A DNA stretch of 64,000 nucleotides. Origin: Octopus vulgaris (Eukaryota). The notes beneath the pieces are model-generated. The model made no database searches and was not told the DNA's origin. It saw only the letters and a list, made by a program, of their open reading frames with translations. Positions 1 to 10,180 of this stretch are shown one piece after another. The stretch spans positions 185,256,001-185,320,000 of the forward strand of contig OX597815.1 of assembly GCA_951406725.2 (NCBI GenBank), read 5' to 3'. Position numbers and translations under genes: made by a program. Numbering within the stretch: the first letter of the stretch is position 1; every line of letters begins with the position of its first letter.

Positions 1-401
1 TGTGTGTGTGTGTGTGTGTGTAAATGATTCCGAAACGAACGGATGTCCATACCTTTCTCAAAACTTCAGAATATTTTCCTGGTGTATTGTGGTAAGCTAA
101 TTTAACAATGTATTCATTCTTTTCATCGATATTGTAGTTGGTTGATTGTAAACTCGAGAATTATTTGCAAAAATCCTGAGAAAGTTATTGAATAGTTGAA
201 ATGTTATGGACTTCATACACGGTTTTTTTTTAAATTTATATTTGCGCGATTCCATTCATGCGGAACTAAAATTTGACAATGGAAATATCTAAATCTGACA
301 GAAAAAAAATGTAGTTTATCTGCTGCTCTTTATGGCAGATAATGCAGATTGCATAGAGAACTGTCTAACCAATCCATGCCAACGGAGCGAACCTGACATA
401 A

Positions 402-434
<33 letters not shown>

Positions 435-570
435 GTGGTGGTTGGGGATGGTGGTGATGGTGGTGGTGGTGGTGGTGGTGGTGGTGGTGGTGGTGGTGGT
501 GGTGGTGGTGGTGGTGGTGGTGGTGGTGGTGGTGGTGGTGGTGATGGTAGTGGTGGTGGTGGTGTGATGA

Positions 571-604
<34 letters not shown>

Positions 605-716
605 GGTGATGTTGATGATGATGGTGGTGGTGGTGATGATGATGATGATGGTGATGGTGATGATGATGATGATGACGATGATGATGATGATGATCATGAT
701 GATCATGATGATCATG
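402..716. repeat. Compound (TGA)n/(TGG)n trinucleotide microsatellite
   Basis: Direct reading; it accounts for the poly-His/Thr/Gly/Met ORFs in the track. Confidence 0.95.
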
Positions 717-1000
717 AGTCTTTTGTTTTGTAGAAGTAATTGTGTTTTTGTCAGTCCTAGCTTTTACCTTAGCCAATGACCATCTAGTATATTCTTCTTT
801 TGCAATTGATGGAGATCTTCTTGAGAGGAGGGGCTATATTGGCTTATACATTAAAATGTTTTATTGTCGTCAATGTTGATATACGAATTGATATTTTTTC
901 TGTTTGGATTTTTTTAATACTTTGTTTTGAAAAACAACATGGAGAAAACGAAGACGAAAGCATTTTAAATGCAAGTCAAAATACCCGACATAGACACTGT

Positions 1001-1245
1001 TTTATTTACATTATTTACATTTGACAGATATTTGTCCTCATCTTGTTTGTTGTTAACACAACGTTTCGGCTGGTATACCCTCCAGCTTTCTTCAGGTGTC
1101 TTGGGGAATTTTCGAACCTGGGTTCTCATTCCTAAGGTATTTTTCGATGTCATTATTATTATTATTATTCAGGTTTCTGCTTGGAATTGAACTCGGAATC
1201 TCGGGGTTAGTATCCTGCGCTCTTAACCACTACGCCATATGCCCG
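1001..1245 (-). mobile_element. tRNA-headed SINE-like element with a minimal hammerhead ribozyme in its 3' part
   Basis: Minus strand: GGGCATATGGCGTAGTGGTTAAGAGCG (A box) ... GAGTTCAATTCC (B box), then (AAT)n, a body with the hammerhead and a (ATGTAAATA)2 tail. Possible TSD TGTTTTA at 998-1004 and 1247-1253. Confidence 0.7.
1055..1100 (-). ncRNA. Minimal type I hammerhead ribozyme (Penelope-type)
   Basis: GACAC-CUGAAGA-aaGCUGG agggUAUa CCAGCc-GAAA-C-GUU-GUGUU. Stem I GACAC/GUGUU, stem II GCUGG/CCAGC, loopless palindromic stem III AACGUU. Confidence 0.7.
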
Positions 1246-1473
1246 TTGTTTTAAGTGGAATCAAAACTATCCACATGTACACATTCTTGTATGTATATAG
1301 ATAGGTAGGCAGGTAGGCAGTGAGGCAGGTGTATATACGAACGCACACACATACAAACACACGGGAAAATGTGCATAGCATTTTTTTTACTGAGAAAGGG
1401 TGTTCAGATTTTACGTGTTTCTAGATAAATTCTTCCTTAATACCAACTTTTTTCTTGTTATTTTCCATTGCAG

Positions 1474-1531
1474 GCCAATAATGTATTCGAAGCAGAAGAA
1501 ATGGTTGCTGTATGTCCAACATCCAAAGAAG
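1474..1531 (+). CDS. Candidate internal exon of an unidentified host gene (ANNVFEAEEMVAVCPTSKE)
   Basis: Strong polypyrimidine acceptor ttttccattgcag, open frame, donor AAG|gttact. Its phase fits the next candidate exon. Confidence 0.35.
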
Positions 1532-1739
1532 GTTACTGTTTGTTTATGGAGAACAATAGATGGAGGGGTTTGAAGAAGGGGAAAGAATCATTGAAGAAAA
1601 TCATGCAGTGGTAGGCCATCAAATCAGACCACAAATAAGGAATCATCAGGAAATGGACAAATCGATTCCCACAGGAATAAAAGGCAGAAACCCTAAAATC
1701 ACTTCCCCATGACAAAAGAAGTTTAAAAGCCAACGATCA

Positions 1740-2060
1740 AAGCGAAACATAACAGCGATTGTTTTATTAGATGACCAGAGCATCATTCCTGGAAGATGAC
1801 ATTACCATGAACTGCGAGCATTATACAGAAGCATTCGAAAGTCTTTGAGAAGCCATTTCGGGGAAGAAAACAAAAGCCTGAAGCGATCCACATTCACATT
1901 GACAACACTCGACTGAACACGTCTTTCTTCATTCTTCCAACATCAAGAGTATAACCTAGATTTGGCGCCCTCCGACTTTCACTCGCTTGATCAATGAAGA
2001 AACAGTTACGGCTACAACGATTTGATGACACAGGCGGTAATAGTGCGACTACGAAGAAGA
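1740..2060 (+). mobile_element. Heavily decayed mariner transposase relic
   Basis: Fragments read like HxDN (cacattgacaac) and DLAPSDF (gatttggcgccctccgacttt). Confidence 0.55.
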
Positions 2061-2073
2061 CCTTATAACCCTT

Positions 2074-2489
2074 ATTTATTTATTGCCCACAAGAGGCTAA
2101 AACGCAGAGGGGACAAACAAGGACAGACAAACGGATTAAGTCGATTATATCGACTTCACTGCGTAACTAGTACTTATTTAATTGACCCCGAAAGGATGAA
2201 AGGCAAAGTCGACCTCGGCGGAATTTGAACTCAGAACGTAGTGGCAGACGAAATACCTATTTCTTTATTACCCACAAGGGGCTAAACACAGAGGGGACAA
2301 ACAAGGACAGACAAACGGATTAAGTCGATTACATCGACTCCAGTGCGTAACTGGTACTTATTTAATCGACCTCGAAAAGATAAAAGGCTAAGTCGACCTC
2401 GGTGGAGTTTAAACTCAGAACGTAAAACGGACGATATACTGCTAAGCATTTCGCCCGGCGTGCTAACGTTTCTGCCAGCTCACCGCCTT
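2074..2489 (-). mobile_element. tRNA-derived SINE family A, tandem dimer form
   Basis: Head GGCGGTGAGCTGGCAGAAACGTTAGC, two body units, and a 12-bp TSD CCTTATAACCCT (2061-2072 and 2490-2501). Confidence 0.85.
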
Positions 2490-2559
2490 CCTTATAACCC
2501 TACACTCCAGAATATTTTCAAAGTGGATTCAAGAGTAAGATAAACGATGGCTTTAACAG

Positions 2560-2588
2560 GTTTTAGTAACGGCTGTTATGCTGAATAG
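2560..2588 (+). CDS. Candidate terminal exon (GFSNGCYAE*)
   Basis: Acceptor ctttaacag; joins 1474-1531 in frame and ends in TAG. Confidence 0.25.
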
Positions 2589-3651
2589 TCTCTTTGTACG
2601 GAAGAAGAGCTACGCAACAAACATGTGCAATTTGAACAACCTATCTCAGAAAATATAAAACAAAACTATGTCCACATTTGTATTACCTATTCAGAACCTC
2701 ATATCTACACATATTTAACATTACGAACATAATGGAGGTAGTTGCCGGTTGACAAAACGAAAGCAGAGATATAAAATCTAGGATTCTAAATGTTCATATT
2801 CTTCTATCGGCGTATACACAGAAACTACGCACATCTTGTTTGTTTTTCTTGGTTGGACCTTTATAAATTCCTGTTGTCCAGATTTATTTCCGTCTGAACG
2901 ACGCCATAAAATAAGAAATTTTTCTTCTTTTTGATTAAAAATAAATTAATATAAAAGCAGAGTATATCAAACATCATCGAAATTACACCTTAGAGTCGGC
3001 TCTCTTTCTTTCTCTCACTCTCTTTCGTCTCATTTTTCTCTTTTAAATTTCATTTTGGCACAAAGGAATCATAAAGCCGTCGTCTTTATGCAGTACTATG
3101 CTGGTAGTGTTGCCTATCTGTTCTACTACACGACAGAGAAATCGAATGCCATTCATCTTGTCGTAGCTACCAAATAAACCTCAAACGCTTCTCTGTTTTC
3201 ACTTTCCTCAACATTCGTTGTTGCTAAACGTGAGTGAAAGCCAAGATCAATTTACATATTTCAACTAGTCTGATGTTACGATTGCGTGTTTAGATGCGAA
3301 TTGTATGGTTTCGTGGAAGTGAGTTTTGGTGAAAGAGGGGTAGAAAATTGAATTAATAGGCATCGGTTTTTAACCTCTGTTTGATTGAGACCGTCACACA
3401 CAAAATTAAAGCTGTGGAAAAATGCCATTAGGGGTGATGAATTAGCTTAAAGTATTCTAAGGTTAAAATGGAGGTGAATTGAGCCAGTATGACATTTTAG
3501 ATTATTACCCTCCATCACCAAAAGACTTCTGTACAAGTACAGTCGACATTCATCTCCACATAATGGAAAAAGATGAAGAAAATCACTAAGAAGCAATGGA
3601 GTGTGAAACCTCATTTTTGAAATAAATGAATACAAGGGTGTGTATGTGCGC

Positions 3652-3719
<68 letters not shown>

Positions 3720-4086
3720 ACAATATACATACATATGTACTTATAAACATACCTATAGACATATATATATATATATATATATAGACTTGTGTATAACTTT
3801 ATATATTATAAATGGAATTCGCACTTCAGAAATATTAGAAAAAGTATTTTATATAAAGTACATGTATGTCCATGTACAACCATGAGCGGATCTCTTAACT
3901 AAGCTGGGTCACGTTTTATGCACCCACTAGAAGAATACAAGGTGCAAATACTTCTGCACATAGTTTAATATTCACCTGATGTTGTTTGGGTTTGCAAATG
4001 AGATCAACGTAACAAGCTGCCTCTATTTAACAAACCTAATTCAACCACGATCAACAACAAATTGACTACCATCGATTATTATTTTT

Positions 4087-4125
<39 letters not shown>

Positions 4126-4177
4126 AAAGAAAGAAAGAGAGACAGAAATACATACGTATATATGTACATATATATGT

Positions 4178-4323
4178 TTATGTCCCGTTACTTAGCGGTT
4201 CGGCAAAAGAGACCGATAGAATAAGTACTGGGCTTACAAAAGAATAAGTCCCGGGGTCGAGTTGCTCGATTAAAGGCGGTGCTCCAGCATGGCCGCAGTC
4301 AAATGACTGAAACAAGTAAAAAG
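4178..4323 (+). mobile_element. SINE family B 3' fragment
   Basis: Matches the 3' half of the full copy at 50859-51250 (GGCGGTGCTCCAGCATGGCCGCAGTCAAATGACTGAAACAAG). Confidence 0.8.
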
Positions 4324-5228
4324 CACATAAGGTAGAAAATATATATGCAAATAAAAATACAAGATATGTAGACCGACCAGAAGTTTTTTTTATACTTTTC
4401 TGAAAGTATAAAGAAGTAAAGCTAGATGTGGTAAACGGTATTTAGTTTGCTTACTGGGTTTCGAAACCGGATTGTAAAAATTCCTATGATTAGCAGCCAC
4501 CTACATGTTTAGCCAAGAAATTTTTTTTTTTTTTTTTTTTTTGTGTGTTAGAAAATTTTAGACGGGTCCTGCTATAGGTTATTATCTTTAAATTAGGTTC
4601 TGCAGCTGTTTTGTAACTTTTTTGATCCTGTTCATCCTGGCGAAGGGGTCATTGCCATGATGCATATTAACTCGTAATCGGACCGTGGCAGTTAACTCCT
4701 GAAATGGCCATAGATGTGTTTTGAAGTGATTTTGTGGAATTCTCATACGCTCCTTGGACTTCAACCTACCGTTGCTTTTATGGAACGAGCTATTTTATCA
4801 TATTTTTAATTGAGGTAAGTACACACTTTTTTTTTTAGTCGATTAATATATATATATTTTTTAAAAGCTTCTACTCACCTGGCACGCTTTTGCTTTAGTA
4901 ATTCATTTTGATTTAGTTTTAGTTGATTGTATATAACTTTTCTTGAAAGGTCGTTCTATATATTTTGTATTTTTATGTGCAATATATATTTTTACCTCCT
5001 GCGATTTTAATATATGTATTCCTTTTATATATTAAATGCCATGGTAATGTTTATATAGGATCAAATGTATGGAAGCGTGGTGATATATAAAGTTGTTGCC
5101 TCGAATTTGATGTCTACTCTCTACATAATGTTTTATTTTTCTCTGTCTAATTTCATTTGAGCATTTCGTTTTTGGAGTTCTATGAACGCTTGTCTCTCCA
5201 TATAAAGAGGCAAAAGTTATTTCTCGTA

Positions 5229-5264
<36 letters not shown>

Positions 5265-5291
5265 CGGTGTGTGTGTGTGTGTACATATGTG

Positions 5292-5331
<40 letters not shown>

Positions 5332-5509
5332 TATATATATATTTATGTACATACGTAGATATATATATATATATATATATAAATATATCACAATCAAGGA
5401 ACGGCCATAATAGGCCATTCACCCACTAGAAATAACAGCCAAAAGCTTTAACCGCAAAATAACATTAATACCGTAAACCAGGAGAAAATTGAAAAACTTT
5501 TACCCTGTA

Positions 5510-5616
5510 ATTTCTTAGACGATGCACCGTTTCATCTACCGTTTAATGGTAAACTAACCTGATTAAATTAAATCAAGCCAATCCACCATAGGCCCTTAGA
5601 CTCATCAGTAAGAAAT
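5510..5616 (-). ncRNA. Type I hammerhead ribozyme, copy 1
   Basis: AUUUCUUA-CUGAUGA-GUCUA...UAGAU-GAAA-CGGUGCAUCG-UC^UAAGAAAU. Confidence 0.88.
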
Positions 5617-5994
5617 AGCCAAATCGGAACAGATATTTTTCACGAGGCATTCCTCTTGCTGCCTCGGCAATATCTGACCTAAAATTTTCAAATCGTCGCA
5701 CTCGCGCCAAATTTATCGGCAGCAAATGAACCACCGATTCCGTTACGGAACTAACCAGAAAATTCATAATTAATCAATATAGGGTGGCAAAAAAAATTTT
5801 GTAGAATTCTTTTGCCACCAGCGGCCTAGTAGGAAAAAATTAAATAGTCATAAACCATTTTTACGTTCAACATCACAATCAAGGAACGGCCATAATAGGC
5901 CATTCACCCACTAGAAATAACAGCCAAAAGCTTTAACCGCAAAATAACATTAATACCGTAAACCAGGAGAAAATTGAAAAACTTTTACCCTGTA

Positions 5995-6101
5995 ATTTCT
6001 TAGACGATGCACCGTTTCATCTACCGTTTAATGGTAAACTAACCTGATTAAATTAAATCAAGCCAATCCACCATAGGCCCTTAGACTCATCAGTAAGAAA
6101 T
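5995..6101 (-). ncRNA. Type I hammerhead ribozyme, copy 2
   Basis: Same core and stems as copy 1. Confidence 0.88.
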
Positions 6102-6479
6102 AGCCAAATCGGAACAGATATTTTTCACGGGGCATTCCTCTTGCTGCCTCGGCAATATCTGACCTAAAATTTTCAAATCGTCGCACTCGCGCCAAATTTA
6201 TCGGCAGCAAATGAACCACCGATTCCGTTACGGAAATAACCAGAAAATTCATAATTAATCAATATAGGGTGGCAAAAAAAATTTTGTAGAATTCTTTTGC
6301 CACCAGCGGCCTAGTAGGAAAAAATTAAATAGTCATAAACCATTTTTACGTTCAACATCACAATCAAGGAACGGCCATAATAGGCCATTCACCCACTAGA
6401 AATAACAGCCAAAAGCTTTAACCGCAAAATAACATTAATACCGTAAACCAGGAGAAAATTGAAAAACTTTTACCCTGTA

Positions 6480-6586
6480 ATTTCTTAGACGATGCACCGT
6501 TTCATCTACCGTTTAATGGTAAACTAACCTGATTAAATTAAATCAAGCCAATCCACCATAGGCCCTTAGACTCATCAGTAAGAAAT
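6480..6586 (-). ncRNA. Type I hammerhead ribozyme, copy 3
   Basis: Same core and stems as copy 1. Confidence 0.88.
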
Positions 6587-6963
6587 AGCCAAATCGGAAC
6601 AGATATTTTTCACGAGGCATTCCTCTTGCTGCCTCGGCAATATCTGACCTAAAATTTTCAAATCGTCGCACTCGCGCCATATTTATCGGCAGCAAATGAA
6701 CCACCGATTCCGTTACGGAACTAACCAGAAAATTCATAATTAATCAATATAGGGTGGCAAAAAAATTTTGTAGAATTCTTTTGCCACCAGCGGCCTAGTA
6801 GGAAAAAATTAAATAGTCATAAACCATTTTTACGTTCAACATCACAATCAAGGAACGGCCATAATAGGCCATTCACCCACTAGAAATAACAGCCAAAAGC
6901 TTTAACCGCAAAATAACATTAATACCGTAAACCAGGAGAAAATTGAAAAACTTTTACCCTGTA

Positions 6964-7070
6964 ATTTCTTAGACGATGCACCGTTTCATCTACCGTTTAA
7001 TGGTAAACTAACCTGATTAAATTAAATCAAGCCAATCCACCATAGGCCCTTAGACTCATCAGTAAGAAAT
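6964..7070 (-). ncRNA. Type I hammerhead ribozyme, copy 4
   Basis: Same core and stems as copy 1. Confidence 0.88.
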
Positions 7071-7447
7071 AGCCAAATCGGAACAGATATTTTTCACGAG
7101 GCATTCCTCTTGCTGCCTCGGCAATATCTGACCTAAAATTTTCAAATCGTCGCACTCGCGCCAAATTTATCGGCAGCAAATGAACCACCGATTCCGTTAC
7201 GGAACTAACCAGAAAATTCATAATTAATCAATATAGGGTGGCAAAAAAATTTTGTAGAATTCTTTTGCCACCAGCGGCCTAGTAGGAAAAAATTAAATAG
7301 TCATAAACCATTTTTACGTTCAACATCACAATCAAGGAACGGCCATAATAGGCCATTCACCCACTAGAAATAACAGCCAAAAGCTTTAACCGCAAAATAA
7401 CATTAATACCGTAAACCAGGAGAAAATTGAAAAACTTTTACCCTGTA

Positions 7448-7554
7448 ATTTCTTAGACGATGCACCGTTTCATCTACCGTTTAATGGTAAACTAACCTGA
7501 TTAAATTAAATCAAGCCAATCCACCATAGGCCCTTAGACTCATCCGTAAGAAAT
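7448..7554 (-). ncRNA. Type I hammerhead ribozyme, copy 5, core-mutated (CUGAUGA to CGGAUGA)
   Basis: Plus strand reads CATCCG instead of CATCAG at position 7545. Confidence 0.8.
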
Positions 7555-7932
7555 AGCCAAATCGGAACAGATATTTTTCACGAGGCATTCCTCTTGCTGC
7601 CTCGGCAATATCTGACCTAAAATTTTCAAATCGTCGCACTCGCGCCAAATTTATCGGCAGCAAATGAACCACAGATTCCGTTACGGAACTAACCAGAAAA
7701 TTCATAATTAATCAATATAGGGTGGCAAAAAAAATTTTGTAGAATTGTTTTGCCACCAGCGGCCTAGTAGGAAAAAATTAAATAGTCATAAACCATTTTT
7801 ACGTTCAACATCACAATCAAGGAACGGCCATAATAGGCCATTCACCCACTAGAAATAACAGCCAAAAGCTTTAACCGCAAAATAACATTAATACCGTAAA
7901 CCAGGAGAAAATTGAAAAACTTTTACCCTGTA

Positions 7933-8039
7933 ATTTCTTAGACGATGCACCGTTTCATCTACCGTTTAATGGTAAACTAACCTGATTAAATTAAATCAAG
8001 CCAATCCACCATAGGCCCTTAGACTCATCAGTAAGAAAT
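7933..8039 (-). ncRNA. Type I hammerhead ribozyme, copy 6
   Basis: Same core and stems as copy 1. Confidence 0.88.
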
Positions 8040-8085
8040 AGCCAAATCGGAACAGATATTTTTCACGAGGCATTCCTCTTGCTGC

Positions 8086-8615
8086 AAGAATTCTACAAAA
8101 TTTTTTTTGCCACCCTATATTGATTAATTATGAATTTTCTGGTTAGTTCCGTAACGGAATCGGTGGTTCATTTGCTGCCGATAAATTTGGCGCGAGTGCG
8201 ACGATTTGAAAATTTTAGGTCAGATATTGCCGAGGCAGCAAGAGGAATGCCTCGTGAAAAATATCTGTTCCGATTTGGCTATTTCTTACTGATGAGTCTA
8301 AGGGCCTATGGTGGATTGGCTTGATTTAATTTAATCAGGTTAGTTTACCATTAAACGGTAGATGAAACGGTGCATCGTCTAAGAAATTACAGGGTAAAAG
8401 TTTTTCAATTTTCTCCTGGTTTACGGTATTAATGTTATTTTGCGGTTAAAGCTTTTGGCTGTTATTTCTAGTGGGTGAATGGCCTATTATGGCCGTTCCT
8501 TGATTGTGATGTTGAACGTAAAAATGGTTTATGACTATTTAATTTTTTCCTACTAGGCCGCTGGTGGCAAAAGAATTCTACAAAATTTTTTTGCCACCCT
8601 ATATTGATTGATTAT
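8086..8615 (+). mobile_element. Inverted, slightly longer than monomer copy of the retrozyme unit
   Basis: Reverse complement of the tandem unit, joined at GCTGC|AAGAATTC. Confidence 0.9.
8281..8387 (+). ncRNA. Type I hammerhead ribozyme, copy 7 (inverted unit)
   Basis: Stem I 8281-8288/8380-8387, CTGATGA 8289-8295, GAAA 8364-8367, predicted GUC cleavage after 8379. Confidence 0.88.
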
Positions 8616-8649
8616 ATATAAATATATATATATATTTATGTACATACGT

Positions 8650-8714
<65 letters not shown>

Positions 8715-9226
8715 TGAGTATTGTAGATCGCTTGAAGCATTGTGTATTGTTTGTAAAGAATAAGATGTTTTGAATGGTACAACAATGCACTATAATGCAA
8801 ACAATTGGCTATATACCTGATGTAATTTAGTTATCCATAATCTGATATGATATTTTGGAATCATATTCCTTCTTCAAATATTATTAGAATATACTCCATC
8901 TAAGAATCTCTGGAGAGGAATATTGTTCCGAAATATCATATCATATTATGGAATGACTAAATTACAACCGGTATATAGCCCATTGTCTGTATTATGGTAC
9001 AACGTTGTATCATTCAAAACTTTTTATTCGTTATATATATATATAGATATGTGTGTGTGTGTGTGTGTGTGTAACAAATGTGGAGTGGAAAGCGATATAT
9101 ATATATATGTCCATATTTAGATTCAGATGAATATGGTACGTAAGATGAGGCACTAGAATTTAGTACAGTATTATCCATACAATTTCAAAATAAGGCGATT
9201 AAAATCAAAACAAAGCTATCCGAAGA

Positions 9227-9663
9227 TAATGCAGTACGATCGTTTCAACCAACTCCATTTAATTGAACAATGGAATCATTACATCAATTTAAATGCAGAG
9301 CAATCCTGAGCTGCATAAAGACATGGAATTTAAGTAAGTTAAAACAGAGGAAGACATTAGAATAATTATCCCCTAAAATCTCCAAGAAGGGTAGGAGATA
9401 GGCAAAGAACATACTGTCTTCACTTTAGCTTAGAAGTTACTCTAAGCTGAAGCTACTTCTAAGCTGAAGTGAAGACAGCATGTTCTTTGTCTATTCCTTA
9501 TCTTCTAGGAGATTTTAGTAAAAATTATACTAATGTGTCCATCTGTTTTAATTTAATTAATTGCTACGTCTTTATGCAGCTGACGATTGCTCTGCAATTA
9601 AATTGATGTAATGATTGCATTGTTCAATTAAATGGAGTTGCTTGAAACGATCGTACTGCATTA
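9227..9663. repeat. Imperfect inverted repeat of about 200-bp arms; each arm ends in a hammerhead-like motif (Penelope-like pLTR pair)
   Basis: TAATGCAGTACGATCGTTTCAA...TTGAAACGATCGTACTGCATTA. Right arm: ATGCAG-CTGACGA...GAAA-CGATCG-TA-CTGCAT at 9574-9661. Confidence 0.7.
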
Positions 9664-9694
9664 CCTCTTGATGTCCTTCATGCTTATTTTGATG

Positions 9695-9699
9695 TTATA

Positions 9700-9755
<56 letters not shown>

Positions 9756-10014
9756 CATATATATATATACATATATGTATATATATGTACATATATATAC
9801 ATATATATGTGCGTATATAAATACATATGTACAAATATATACATATATTCATATGTAAATATATATACATATATATATATTACATATATACACATACATA
9901 TATGTACATATATTTATGTACATATATATATTTATGAACATATATATATGTACATATATATATATATACATATATATATGTATGTCTACATATATATATG
10001 TACATATATACATC

Positions 10015-10060
<46 letters not shown>

Positions 10061-10118
10061 CATATGTGTACATATATATGTACATACATATATGTTCATA
10101 ATTATATGTACGTATATT

Positions 10119-10178
<60 letters not shown>

Positions 10179-10180
10179 TA
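9695..10180. repeat. (TG)n/(TA)n compound microsatellite
   Basis: Direct reading. Confidence 0.95.

Larger units (their letters stand above)
5387..8085 (-). mobile_element. Retrozyme-like concatemer: about 5.6 head-to-tail 484-485 bp units, each carrying a type I hammerhead
   Basis: Hammerheads recur at spacings of 485, 485, 484, 484 and 485 bp. Units differ by only 0-3 substitutions plus A-tract length. G-U-rich hairpins form on the minus strand. Confidence 0.9.

Noticed and set aside
330-779. His/Thr/Gly/Pro-rich ORFs
   Set aside because: Trinucleotide microsatellite artefacts.
5573-5767. 64-aa ORF (MNFLVSS...) repeated in every monomer
   Set aside because: Short, with no recognisable motif. 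Its recurrence simply reflects near-identical units, and the sequence is explained by RNA structure. Ribosome profiling would be needed to revive it.
5387-8085. CRISPR array or plain satellite; also an antisense ribozyme as in viroid-like replicons
   Set aside because: There are no unique spacers and the context is eukaryotic. I found no CUGANGA core on the opposite strand of the unit.
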